From Euryarchaeota archaeon RBG_13_57_23 (GTDB lineage Archaea; Thermoplasmatota; Thermoplasmata; UBA10834), in assembly GCA_001800675.1 (NCBI GenBank), contig MGVW01000035.1:6731-70730 (forward strand): a stretch of 64,000 nucleotides of DNA, written 5' to 3'. This document shows, piece after piece, positions 41,332 through 50,826 of this stretch. The position numbers and the translations under genes are program-made. Each line of letters opens with the position of its first letter. Positions within the stretch are counted from its first letter, which is position 1. A model generated the notes under the pieces. That model was not told where the DNA came from. It made no database searches and worked only from the letters and a program-made list of their open reading frames with translations.

Positions 41332-42353
41332 TGGCAATGGCAATCGGTATCTCTGGATATAGCGCGTACATACCAAGGCTGAGGATCAAGAAGGAAGATT
41401 ATGCGAAGGCCTGGGGGTCGTTCTCGGCGGCGGGCGTGGCGGAGAAATCCGTCATGGGCTTCGATGAGGATGTACTGACCGCAGCTGCCAAGGTGTCCAA
41501 GAGGGCGTTGGAATCCGTGCCGATGGCTCCCGACAAGGTGACCAGGTTCGCATTTGCGTCGACGTCTCCACCATACTTCGAGAAGCTGCTCTCGGGGACT
41601 GTGCTTTACTCCGTGGGAATGCCGAATTCAGCCTTTTCGAGTGACCACACGACCTCGACCCGCGCGGGCACCGAGGCAATGATCGCGGGGTTTGAGCACA
41701 TCTCGGCCAACCAGACAGGAATGGCTGTCGTAGTGGCTGCGGATGCACCCAGCGCGAGCATGTGGGATTCCGTGGAGCACGCGCTTGGGGCTGGAGCAGC
41801 GGCATTCGTCTTGTCCGCAGATAATCTCGTCGCGGAACTCGAAGGACATGCCTCATACGCGAGCGAGTACTTCGGGGAGCGTTTCAGGCCGAGGGGAAAT
41901 CCCTACCTACACGACCTGAATGTGAAGAAGTATGCCGAGGGTTCACTCATAACGAATACCACGCGTGCGGCCAACGCGCTTCTTAAGAGCCTGAACAGGA
42001 AGCCGGAGGAGTACCAGCACGTCGTAATCCAACAGCCGGACGCGAGGGTCCCAACGACTGTCGCATCGAGGTTGGGTTTCACGGACGCACAGCTCGCATC
42101 ATCTCTTGTGTCCAAGTCGTTGGGAGACCTTGGGGCGGCGTCGGTCCCCGTGGCGCTTGCGGCAGCTCTGGATGTGGCGAAGGTGGGAGACCAGATAATG
42201 GTCATTTCCTACGGATCAGGGGCAGGTAGCGACGCGTTGAGCTTCAAGGTCGTCAGCGACCGAAAGGCTCCTGTCAAGGTCCAGGCGGAGATGGACCGCA
42301 AGGAGTACATTGACTATGTCAAGTACCTCAAGATCAAAGGAGCCATTGTGTGA
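41331..42353 (+). CDS. HMG-CoA synthase (archaeal type)
   Basis: 340 aa with N-terminus IGISGYSAYIPRLRIKKEDYA. It overlaps the thiolase stop by 1 nt (TAATG). Confidence 0.85.
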   Translation: MAMAIGISGYSAYIPRLRIKKEDYAKAWGSFSAAGVAEKSVMGFDEDVLTAAAKVSKRALESVPMAPDKVTRFAFASTSPPYFEKLLSGTVLYSVGMPNSAFSSDHTTSTRAGTEAMIAGFEHISANQTGMAVVVAADAPSASMWDSVEHALGAGAAAFVLSADNLVAELEGHASYASEYFGERFRPRGNPYLHDLNVKKYAEGSLITNTTRAANALLKSLNRKPEEYQHVVIQQPDARVPTTVASRLGFTDAQLASSLVSKSLGDLGAASVPVALAAALDVAKVGDQIMVISYGSGAGSDALSFKVVSDRKAPVKVQAEMDRKEYIDYVKYLKIKGAIV

Positions 42354-42362
42354 GGTGATGTT

Positions 42363-42776
42363 GTGGCACATGTTTCAGTTCCGATGTACTGGAGGACCAT
42401 ACCTCAGAGATACAAGATGATTGGACAGAAGTGCAAGAAGTGCGGCGCGATCAACTTCCCGCCTAAGGGCGTGTGCAAGTACTGCCAGACCTCTTCCGAG
42501 TTCGAGGAGATCCAGCTCAGTGGCAGAGGGAAGGTCCACACGTTCGTCCTGATCAGCGCCGGTGGAGCCCCTCCGGAGTTCGCCGAACAGGAGAAGGCAG
42601 GGGGCCAGTACCCGGTCGCAATTGTGCAGCTGGAAGAAGGGCCCAAGGTGATCGGCCAGATAGCGGATGTCGATCCCAAGGAAGTGAAGATCGACATGCC
42701 GGTCAAAGCAGAGCTCAGGAAGATCTACACTGAGGAAGAGGTCATCAGATACGGATTCAAGTTCGTTCCAGGATGA
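42363..42776 (+). CDS. DUF35 Zn-ribbon/OB-fold protein (scaffold of the thiolase/HMGCS complex)
   Basis: 137 aa with the CKKCGAINFPPKGVCKYC ribbon followed by an OB-fold-like region. It sits in the canonical third position of the archaeal trio. Confidence 0.85.
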   Translation: MAHVSVPMYWRTIPQRYKMIGQKCKKCGAINFPPKGVCKYCQTSSEFEEIQLSGRGKVHTFVLISAGGAPPEFAEQEKAGGQYPVAIVQLEEGPKVIGQIADVDPKEVKIDMPVKAELRKIYTEEEVIRYGFKFVPG

Positions 42777-42792
42777 AAGGGAGTGAGATAAG

Positions 42793-43710
42793 ATGAGCAC
42801 AGGCAAACTGACCACGATGAGGGAGGCCGTCTCCAGATACGTGAAGGACGGAGACGAGATTTACTTGGCGGGATTCACGCACATGATCCCGTTCGCAGCA
42901 GGGCATGAGATCATCAGGCAGAAGCGGAAGGATCTGACGCTCTGCCGTGCAACTCCGGACATCATCTACGACCAGATGATCGCCGCAGGATGCTGCAAGA
43001 AGCTCATGTTCAGCTACGCTGGTAACCCCGGTGTGGGGTCGCTCAGATGCTTCAGGAGAGCCCTGGAGAAGGGCATACCGAACAAGATAGAGATAGACGA
43101 GTACTCGCACTTCGGACTCTCGGGGAGGTTGTTCGCGGGGGCGACGAACATGCACTTCCTGCCCATGAGGACCAACAGGGGCTCCGACCTTCCGCAACAG
43201 AACCCGAACATCAAGACGGTAAGGGACCCGTACACAGGGGACGAAGTGTCAGTGGTCCCACCGCTGAAGCCAGATGTGGCCGTGGTGCATGTCCAGCGCT
43301 GCGATTCCAACGGGAACTCGCACATATGGGGCATCATAGGCGAGCAGAAGGACGCGGCCTTCGCGGCAAAGAAGGTCATCATAAGCGCGGAGGAGATCGT
43401 GGACGAGAGCGTCATCAGATCGGATCCCAACCGCACTCTCATCCCTGATTTCATAGTACACTCAGTAGTGCACGAGCCATGGGCCTGCCATCCGTCATAT
43501 GTCCAGGGATACTACGACAGGGACAACGAGTTCTACATGCAGTGGGACGAGATAACCAAGGAGCACGACACCACGATGAAGTACATGGACGAGTGGGTTT
43601 TCGGGGTCGAGAACCGCCAACAGTACATGAAGAAGATTCAGCAGGACAAGATCAACAAGCTCACGCCGAAGGCTTGCATGAGCGCCCCCGTCAGCTACGG
43701 GAGCGTGTGA
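42793..43710 (+). CDS. Family I CoA-transferase, alpha subunit (glutaconate/3-oxoacid CoA-transferase-like)
   Basis: 305 aa beginning MREAVSRYVKDGDEIYLAGF. It is paired with a beta subunit 7 nt downstream. Confidence 0.8.
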   Translation: MSTGKLTTMREAVSRYVKDGDEIYLAGFTHMIPFAAGHEIIRQKRKDLTLCRATPDIIYDQMIAAGCCKKLMFSYAGNPGVGSLRCFRRALEKGIPNKIEIDEYSHFGLSGRLFAGATNMHFLPMRTNRGSDLPQQNPNIKTVRDPYTGDEVSVVPPLKPDVAVVHVQRCDSNGNSHIWGIIGEQKDAAFAAKKVIISAEEIVDESVIRSDPNRTLIPDFIVHSVVHEPWACHPSYVQGYYDRDNEFYMQWDEITKEHDTTMKYMDEWVFGVENRQQYMKKIQQDKINKLTPKACMSAPVSYGSV

Positions 43711-43717
43711 GGAGGTC

Positions 43718-44485
43718 ATGAACATGTCAGAATGCACACCGAGCGAGCTGATGGTCGCAGTGGCTGCAAGAGAGCTCAAGGACCATGATACGGTACTGGT
43801 CGGGGTTGGCATACCGAACCTCGCGGCCAACCTGGCCAAGAAGCTGCAGGCGCCGAACCTGGTGATGGTATACGAGTCAGGAGCGGTCGGGTCAAATCCG
43901 AGCAGAATGCCGCTCTCGATCGGAGACCCATGCCTGGTGACAGGTGCGAAGAGCGTGTGTTCGATGTACGAGCAGTTCGCGTACTACCTTCAGGGTGGGC
44001 GCATCGATGTCGGGTTCCTGGGAGGCGCTCAGATCGACAAGTACGGGAACATCAACTCGACCGTCATCGGCAGCTATAAGGCCCCGAAGGTTCGGCTGCC
44101 GGGGAGCGGCGGGGCATGCGATATCGCCTCGAACGTCAAGAAGATCATTGTAATCACGCCGCACGAGAAGCGGAGGTTCGTGGAGAGGGTCGACTTCCTC
44201 ACGAGCCCAGGATTCGTTGACGGCAAAGAGAAATGGAAGCAGCTGAAGCTCATTGGCGGGGGACCATATGCGGTCATCACAAACCTCTGCACGATGAAGT
44301 TCGACGATGTCACCGGTGAGATGATGGTCACCTCCCTTCATCCAGGTGTCACGATCGAGAAGGTCTGGGAGAACACCCCGTGGAAGGTCAAGGTGTCGGC
44401 GAATTTGGAGCAGACTCCTCCGCCGACGGAGAAGGAGATATCCGCCTTGAGGGCCCTGGACCCGAACAAGACCTACCTAGGGTGA
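43718..44485 (+). CDS. Family I CoA-transferase, beta subunit
   Basis: 255 aa with the catalytic-glutamate context VMVYESGAVG and LPGSGGACDIA. Confidence 0.8.
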   Translation: MNMSECTPSELMVAVAARELKDHDTVLVGVGIPNLAANLAKKLQAPNLVMVYESGAVGSNPSRMPLSIGDPCLVTGAKSVCSMYEQFAYYLQGGRIDVGFLGGAQIDKYGNINSTVIGSYKAPKVRLPGSGGACDIASNVKKIIVITPHEKRRFVERVDFLTSPGFVDGKEKWKQLKLIGGGPYAVITNLCTMKFDDVTGEMMVTSLHPGVTIEKVWENTPWKVKVSANLEQTPPPTEKEISALRALDPNKTYLG

Positions 44486-44491
44486 GGAACC

Positions 44492-45841
44492 ATGAGCCCG
44501 AGCTTTGATCCGATGGCGGAGTACAACGCGAAGACGAAGAGGAGCGCTCAGTGGTTCGAGACGGCTAGCAAGCATCTTCCGGGAGGCGTGACCGGGAACG
44601 TCAAGTTCTATCCTCCGTATCCCGTGTACCTGAAGAAGGCGAAAGGTTCGCATGTCTGGGACCTCGACGGGAACGAGTACATCGACTATATGCTGTGCTT
44701 CGGCCCGTTGATTCTTGGACACGCACACCCAAGGGTCGTGGAGGCCGTTAGGAAGCAGGTCGAGCAGGACGGCACACACATATTCGGCGCTCCACACGAA
44801 CTCGAAGCAAAGATGGCGGAGCGACTGAAGGGCATCTTTCCGTTCGCTGACAGCGTTAGGTTCACGAACTCCGGGCTTGAGGCAACGATGCACTCGTTGC
44901 GGGTCGCAAAGGGCTTCAGGAAGAAGACGAAGGTGGCCAAGTTCGAGGGAGCCTATCACGGATGCTACGACGAGGTTCTTTGCAGCTTGGCACCAGCAGA
45001 GAGCGCCGCTGGCCCGAGAGCTTCGCCCAAGACGGTTCCCGGGTCCTATGGCACCTCCGAGACTACAGTAGAGAACGTTCTCGTGCTTCCCTACAACGAT
45101 ATCGAGAATTCGGTGAGGATCATGAGGGCGCACAAAGACGAACTCGCAGCCGTCATCATGGAGCCGGTTCAGCGGGGGTTCGTGGTTCCAGACATCGAGT
45201 TTCTCAGAGTGGTCAGGGAGACCACGAGGGAGCTCGGCATCCCGTTGATTTTCGATGAGGTGATGTCGGGGTTCAGGATGGAGGTCTTCGGCGGCGCGTG
45301 CACACAGTACAGGGTGGAACCTGACATGATCTGCCTGGGCAAGATCATCGGGGGCGGGTTCCCGAGCGGAGCATTCCTCGGGAAACGTGATATCATGGAC
45401 ATGGTCAACCCTGTCACCCGCGCCAAAGACCAGCGCGTGTTCCACGGCGGCACTTTCAACGGGCATCCGACGGTGTTGTCCGCAGGCTGGGCCACGCTCG
45501 ATGTACTTCAGGAACCCAAGACCTACCCGTACCTGAACAGGATCTCCGACAAGCTGAGGGATGGCTTTAACGATCTGTTCAGCCGGATGGGTTTCGAGGC
45601 GAGGGCCATCGGTCCCGGTTCGACCTTCAACCTCGTGTTCTCGAAGGGCAAGATAGGCGACTACAGGGATGCCGCGAGAGCAGATGCGAAGCTAAGGCAG
45701 AAGTTGGACTACGGAATGCTCGCCAGAGGGTTACACTTCCATCCAGACAAGCCGTTCTATACTTGCACGGAGCACTCCGATAATGATGTCGCCCGCACGC
45801 TTAGCGTAGCCGATGAAGTCCTGAAGAAGATGAAGCAATAG
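44492..45841 (+). CDS. Class III aminotransferase, glutamate-1-semialdehyde-2,1-aminomutase-like
   Basis: 449 aa with HLPGGVTGNV, KFEGAYHG, FDEVMSGFR and the PLP-Lys context CLGKIIGGGFP. It is divergent from canonical HemL at the N-terminus. Confidence 0.8.
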   Translation: MSPSFDPMAEYNAKTKRSAQWFETASKHLPGGVTGNVKFYPPYPVYLKKAKGSHVWDLDGNEYIDYMLCFGPLILGHAHPRVVEAVRKQVEQDGTHIFGAPHELEAKMAERLKGIFPFADSVRFTNSGLEATMHSLRVAKGFRKKTKVAKFEGAYHGCYDEVLCSLAPAESAAGPRASPKTVPGSYGTSETTVENVLVLPYNDIENSVRIMRAHKDELAAVIMEPVQRGFVVPDIEFLRVVRETTRELGIPLIFDEVMSGFRMEVFGGACTQYRVEPDMICLGKIIGGGFPSGAFLGKRDIMDMVNPVTRAKDQRVFHGGTFNGHPTVLSAGWATLDVLQEPKTYPYLNRISDKLRDGFNDLFSRMGFEARAIGPGSTFNLVFSKGKIGDYRDAARADAKLRQKLDYGMLARGLHFHPDKPFYTCTEHSDNDVARTLSVADEVLKKMKQ

Positions 45842-45845
45842 ACAC

Positions 45846-46706
45846 TCAGATTTCGGCGACTAGCTTGCCACGGAATTCGCACTGCGCAGGGCCGGTCATG
45901 AAGGCCCGCCCATCCATGTCCAGCTCCACTTCGATGGTCCCTCCAGGCGGTCGCACTTTTACGGTTCCAGGCTTCACCCACTTGAGCATTAGCGCCACGG
46001 CGGCACTCGCCGTCGCACCGGTGCCGCAGGCTAGCGTCTCGTCATAGACTCCTCGCTCGTAGGTCCGGATCCTGATCTCGTGAGGGCCTGCGACCTCGAC
46101 GAAGTTGAGGTTCACACCGTGTGGGAAGCGCTTCACGTCGGCATTGATCTCCTCTCCCAAGGCCCTGACATCTATTGCGGCTACATTTCGGACCCTGATG
46201 ACAATGTGGGGTTCGCCCGAGTTCACGATTGATGCGTTTAGCTTCCCCGCATGTGCGCTGAGAGGGAACCGAAGCATCGAGTCAGTATCTCTGCCTTTGT
46301 CCATCACGTACGCCTTAAGATCCTTCCTTTCTGTGCGCACGATCCCCATGTCCACTCTGAACTCATCGCCGACCCGAACGATGTGCTTCACACCGTCCCT
46401 TGTCAGGATGTCGAGTTTCGATTTGCCGAGCTTGTCCGCAAGGTAAGAAGCGACGCACCTGATGCCGTTGCCGCACATGACCGCCTCGTTCCCCGCGGGT
46501 TCGAACAGACGCATCGAGCCATCCACATCCCTGGCCCTTTCCAGGAATATCACCCCGTCCGCTCCCACCTTGAAATGTCGGTCGGTCAATGACTTGGCCA
46601 GCTTGCTCCTTGCGGTGTCCGGAGTCTTGCGGCCCTTGAGTTCGTCAACGATGATGAAATCGTTTCCGCACCCCTGGAACTTGCTGAAATCTAGCTTGAC
46701 CCTCAT
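45846..46706 (-). CDS. dapF: Diaminopimelate epimerase
   Basis: FSKFQGCGNDFIIVD and ETLACGTGATA, the two catalytic Cys contexts. Confidence 0.9.
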   Translation of the reverse strand: MRVKLDFSKFQGCGNDFIIVDELKGRKTPDTARSKLAKSLTDRHFKVGADGVIFLERARDVDGSMRLFEPAGNEAVMCGNGIRCVASYLADKLGKSKLDILTRDGVKHIVRVGDEFRVDMGIVRTERKDLKAYVMDKGRDTDSMLRFPLSAHAGKLNASIVNSGEPHIVIRVRNVAAIDVRALGEEINADVKRFPHGVNLNFVEVAGPHEIRIRTYERGVYDETLACGTGATASAAVALMLKWVKPGTVKVRPPGGTIEVELDMDGRAFMTGPAQCEFRGKLVAEI

Positions 46707-46730
46707 CTGCTACCGTCATGGCGCGGTAGG

Positions 46731-46770
46731 ATTTAATCGTGCTTCAAGCCACATCAGAAAACGATTAAAT
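46731..46770. promoter_or_regulatory. Symmetric pair of divergent TATA-like boxes
   Basis: ATTTAATCG-(22 nt)-CGATTAAAT, a perfect 9-bp inverted repeat between dapF (minus strand) and the D-aminoacylase gene (plus strand). Confidence 0.45.
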
Positions 46771-46835
46771 AACCACTGTGGGATTTCGGACAGCACACGC
46801 CAAGGCCAGCGATTTGCGCCGAAGGGAGAACTCCA

Positions 46836-48446
46836 TTGCACAGCATTCTCATCAAAGGCGGAACGGTCATTGACGGTATCGGGACTCCAGCTGCTCCTTA
46901 TGATCTCGCCATCAACGGGGCCAAAATAGCAGGGTTCTACAAGCACTCCGAGTCAGACGCCTCAATGGTCATCGACGCCAGCGGGATGGTCGTTTGCCCA
47001 GGGTTCATAGACATACACTCCCACTCAGAGATACATCTGTTGAGCAATCCGCTGGCCGAGAGCAAAATCCGGCAGGGAGTCACCACCGAGCTCGTGGGCA
47101 ATTGCGGCACATCTCCAGGACCAGTGACTGGAGCGGCGAGAGAATTGCTCTGGGACTACTCGCATGCGCTGGAAGTCAATCTGGACTGGGCGTCTATGGA
47201 CGAGTACCTTCTGAGGCTCGCCAATGTCAGGCCCTCTGTCAATGTGGCCACCCTCGTAGGCGCTTCGATGCTCCGGGCGAGCGTTCTCGGCAACGAGGAC
47301 CGAGCGCCAACCGGAGACGAGGTGACCAGGATGCAGGAGCTACTCTCCGAGGCGATGCTCCAGGGCGCCTGGGGCCTTTCGTCCGGGTTGATATACGCAC
47401 CTGGATGCTACGCCTCCACGGAAGAGCTGGTCTCTCTTGCTTCCACGGCCGCTTCTTTGGGGGGTATCTATGCGAGCCACATCAGAGGCGAGGGTCGTAC
47501 TTTGGTCAAGGCTGTAGAAGAAGCTATAAGGATTGGCCGGGAAGCGCGTATCAGGGTCGAGATCTCGCACCACAAGGCGTGCGGGAAGTCGATGTGGGGA
47601 ACTGTTTCGAAGACCATCGCGTTGATGGAAGAGGCAAGGAAGTCAGGTGTGGATGTCGCGTTCGATGTCTATCCGTACACTTCTTCCAATACAAGCTTGG
47701 ACACCATCATGCCGACGTGGGCGAGAGAGGGCGGGAAGGAGCGGATCCTCCAACGTCTGAAAGACCCAGCAACTCGCGCGAAGATTGCCAGTCAGGTCGA
47801 GTCCGGAACGGACAACGTCGAGGATGTCGTCAAGGAGACCGGCTGGGAGAACGTTATTCTCGTAGGCTTCATGAAACCGCAGAACAAGCCATTCGAGGGC
47901 AAGTCGGTGCTCGAGATATCCAAGTCACAGAAAAAGCCGCCCGTCGAGGTCGCGCTCGACCTGATAGTTGACGAGGAGCTACAGCTGGGCGCAATCTTCC
48001 ATGAGATGGTTGAAGAAGACGTGATCACGGTCATAAGTCATCCATTGGCTAGCATCGGTTCTGACGGAGAAGCGCAGTCTCCATACGGAATCACCGGCGA
48101 TTCTGCCGTGCACCCTAGATCGTACGGTACCTTTCCGCGCGTGCTCAGGCGCTACGTCTTCGAGAAGCATGCGTTAAGCATCGAGGAAGCCGTCAGGAAG
48201 ATGACCTCGTGGCCTGCGGACAGATTGCGAATCAGAGACCGGGGTGTTCTGGCGAAGGGTATGGCGGCTGACGTCGTGGTCTTCGACCCTGCGACCGTCC
48301 GGGACACTGCAACCTTCGAGAAACCTCACAGCTATCCCACAGGGATCAAGTATGTGATTGTCAACGGGGCGGTCACTGTGTCCAACGGAGAGCACACCAT
48401 GGAGAGAGCTGGCCTGGTCTTGAGACACCCTCCTGGAGTAGCCTAG
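46836..48446 (+). CDS. N-acyl-D-amino-acid deacylase (D-aminoacylase)-type amidohydrolase
   Basis: 536 aa with metal site PGFIDIHSHSE and the overall D-aminoacylase layout. TTG start after GAAGGGAGA. Confidence 0.8.
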   Translation: MHSILIKGGTVIDGIGTPAAPYDLAINGAKIAGFYKHSESDASMVIDASGMVVCPGFIDIHSHSEIHLLSNPLAESKIRQGVTTELVGNCGTSPGPVTGAARELLWDYSHALEVNLDWASMDEYLLRLANVRPSVNVATLVGASMLRASVLGNEDRAPTGDEVTRMQELLSEAMLQGAWGLSSGLIYAPGCYASTEELVSLASTAASLGGIYASHIRGEGRTLVKAVEEAIRIGREARIRVEISHHKACGKSMWGTVSKTIALMEEARKSGVDVAFDVYPYTSSNTSLDTIMPTWAREGGKERILQRLKDPATRAKIASQVESGTDNVEDVVKETGWENVILVGFMKPQNKPFEGKSVLEISKSQKKPPVEVALDLIVDEELQLGAIFHEMVEEDVITVISHPLASIGSDGEAQSPYGITGDSAVHPRSYGTFPRVLRRYVFEKHALSIEEAVRKMTSWPADRLRIRDRGVLAKGMAADVVVFDPATVRDTATFEKPHSYPTGIKYVIVNGAVTVSNGEHTMERAGLVLRHPPGVA

Positions 48447-48448
48447 AT

Positions 48449-49663
48449 TCATACGCCCGGGCCGCAAACATCCAAGGCTACGAGAGAGTAGATCTGCGAG
48501 CACTTGACTAGGTCGTCGACAAGCACGTACTCAACGCGCGCATGCGCGCCTGCTCCACCAGGACCGAAGACGACGGTAGGAGTCTTCGCGAAGTGGGTCA
48601 GTAAGGCTGCGTCTGTCCATCCCCAGAAGCTCGTGATCTTCGCAGGGCACTGCGTTACCGTCCTGACGGATTGTTGGAGCGACTTTACTACCGGATGGCC
48701 CGTGCTGACCACGTTGGGAACGTGGGTCATTGTCATCATGTTGGACGGGTCGCGCTTCAAATCGGCTTTGAATGACGGATCCTCCTTCTTCAGTCTGTCA
48801 AACACGTCGTAGATTTCCGTGAACACCTGTTGGAGCTTCTCCTCAGGGACCCACCGCCTATCGACCTTGATCACACAGTGGTCAGCGACCGAACTTGGCT
48901 GTTGTCCGCCTGTGATGACTCCCATGTTCAGAGTCGGAGGGAGAGTGTACTTGGCTCTCTTGGCCCTGAGCCTGGGCAGGAGGTCCTTCTCCACTTCGTT
49001 AACGAATCTGGCGGCCATCGATATCGCGTTCACACCTTTGTCCGCCTGGCCTCCATGCGCCGACTTGCCGTAGAAGTGAATGTCTAGCCATTCCAATCCC
49101 CTGTGGGAAGGCTGGATTTCCATATCCGTGGGCTCACCTATGATCCCCATGTCGGCCTTCGGCCCGCGCAGCACAAGATCTTCGGTACCCTCGCTCTTCC
49201 GCTCCTCGCCTACCACCGCGGCAAATATCAGGTCACCCTCAAGCTTCAACCTGGCCCTCCTGATGGCAACTAGGGTCATGGCCATCGCGCCGAGTCCCCC
49301 TTTCATGTCCAAGGAACCCCTTCCGTAGAGCCTTCCTTTGATGATTCTAGGAGAGAAGGGATCGATGTCCATTTGGAAGGCTGGGACCGTGTCTGTATGC
49401 CCGCTGAGGAGAAGGCGCTTGCCCGACCCCGAACCCTTGATGGTCGCAATCACGTTTGGCCTGTTCTTCTCGACCATCCTCAGCTTGGAATCGATGCCTT
49501 CGTCTCGGAGGAACTCGTTCAAGAACTCCGCGGCTTCCTTTTCCTGGGTAGGCACTTCGCAGTGGCTCGGTATCTTCACCATATCCTTGACGAGCCTTTC
49601 GACTTCGAGCCGCTTGATATGCTTCTTGACCTTCTCGAAAGGTGCCTTCACTTTAGCCGACAT
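48449..49663 (-). CDS. M20-family deacylase/peptidase (ArgE/DapE-like)
   Basis: LLLSGHTDTVP, GRGSLDMKGG and AAVVGEE, the typical M20 metal ligands. Confidence 0.85.
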   Translation of the reverse strand: MSAKVKAPFEKVKKHIKRLEVERLVKDMVKIPSHCEVPTQEKEAAEFLNEFLRDEGIDSKLRMVEKNRPNVIATIKGSGSGKRLLLSGHTDTVPAFQMDIDPFSPRIIKGRLYGRGSLDMKGGLGAMAMTLVAIRRARLKLEGDLIFAAVVGEERKSEGTEDLVLRGPKADMGIIGEPTDMEIQPSHRGLEWLDIHFYGKSAHGGQADKGVNAISMAARFVNEVEKDLLPRLRAKRAKYTLPPTLNMGVITGGQQPSSVADHCVIKVDRRWVPEEKLQQVFTEIYDVFDRLKKEDPSFKADLKRDPSNMMTMTHVPNVVSTGHPVVKSLQQSVRTVTQCPAKITSFWGWTDAALLTHFAKTPTVVFGPGGAGAHARVEYVLVDDLVKCSQIYSLVALDVCGPGV

Positions 49664-49734
49664 GCTGACCCACAACCTCACCGTTACCTGGCTAATGGGA
49701 TGGGAATGAGCTAAGAAAAAGGTATCTGATTGGT

Positions 49735-50826
49735 TCAGCGGATGAGCCTGCCATGCTCCTTCATGAGCTCGATGGTCCTGTCAATCGGCAGCGCATTTAC
49801 GACGTGCCCGTCCCTGCCCTCCATCGTCTCGGCCTTGAACAGCGAGTTGACTATCGATTCCGTTGTGGAATCTATCGCCGCTCTGAAGAGAGAGTCAATC
49901 TCGCCGTCCCTCAGCAGGTGGTCTACGAGAAGGCCGTTACCTTTGTTTCTGTCGTGCAGGTTCGCCGTCGAGAAGGATATGACGATATCTCCGCTCCCAT
50001 TGTGTGAAGCGGATCCCGTGACGGCGAGGCCCAGGACCGCTCTCCGAGCTATCCTGCCTAGCTGTCTGGCATCAAGAGGCGCATCGGTCCCGACCACCAT
50101 CACGATGGAGCCCTTCTCCGGCCTTTGAACATCCGGAGCGCCAAGGAGGCTGCCGACGGGAACTCCGTCGATCCTCAGCTCCTGCCATTCGCCATGGTTG
50201 CTCATGACGAGAGTCCCGACGGTGTACTTCCCTGCCGGCGTGGTGACAGTCCTCGAGCTGGTGCCTATCCCACCCTTGTAGTCGTATGCGGACATGCCTG
50301 TCCCGCCGCCGACACAGCCCTCTTCGACGTCTGAAGAGGCATTCTCGATGGCCTCGTTCACATGCTCCTCTCGTACATGGAGACCCCGGGAATCATTTAG
50401 CCAGCTGTCGTCGCACTCCGACACTATCGGAATGATCGTGTCATCGGTCACACCGGAGGTCGGGTTCTGCTTCAGCATGTACTTCACGACCGCGGTTGTC
50501 GCAGTGCCCATCGACATTGTGTTCGTTAGCGCTATCGGCGTGTCAATCAATCCGAACTCTCGTATCTGAAGCGCACCACCAAGTCCGCCGCAGCCGTTGT
50601 AGTCGAAGTATGAGGCCTTCACCGGCCGTTCGAACAAATTCCCATCATGTGGCAGGATCGCGGTCACTCCGGTACGCACAGGTCCATTGCCTGGGTCAAG
50701 CCGTCCGCTGCCCTTGATGATGGTGCAGTGACCGACTTTGACTCCTGAGATGTCAGTGATCGAGTTCCTCGGGCCCGTTGGTTGCTCACCAAACCAGATT
50801 CCCGCCTCACGGGCTCTCGATCTCAT
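49735..50826 (-). CDS. DmpA/BapA-family (peptidase S58) self-processing aminopeptidase
   Basis: The autoprocessing-site context is YKGGIGTSS. The internal ATG at 50826 forms an ATGA overlap with the oppF stop. Confidence 0.8.
   Translation of the reverse strand: MRSRAREAGIWFGEQPTGPRNSITDISGVKVGHCTIIKGSGRLDPGNGPVRTGVTAILPHDGNLFERPVKASYFDYNGCGGLGGALQIREFGLIDTPIALTNTMSMGTATTAVVKYMLKQNPTSGVTDDTIIPIVSECDDSWLNDSRGLHVREEHVNEAIENASSDVEEGCVGGGTGMSAYDYKGGIGTSSRTVTTPAGKYTVGTLVMSNHGEWQELRIDGVPVGSLLGAPDVQRPEKGSIVMVVGTDAPLDARQLGRIARRAVLGLAVTGSASHNGSGDIVISFSTANLHDRNKGNGLLVDHLLRDGEIDSLFRAAIDSTTESIVNSLFKAETMEGRDGHVVNALPIDRTIELMKEHGRLIR

Noticed and set aside
44477-45466. A 329-aa minus-strand ORF opposite the class III aminotransferase
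   Set aside because: It is a shadow ORF. The plus strand carries clear PLP-aminotransferase motifs, while the minus-frame product is Arg/His/Pro-rich with no recognisable motif.
46994-47971. A 325-aa Arg/Gly-rich alternative-frame plus-strand ORF inside the D-aminoacylase gene
   Set aside because: It is an out-of-frame overlap with a gene carrying amidohydrolase metal-binding motifs, and its low-complexity Arg-rich product is implausible.
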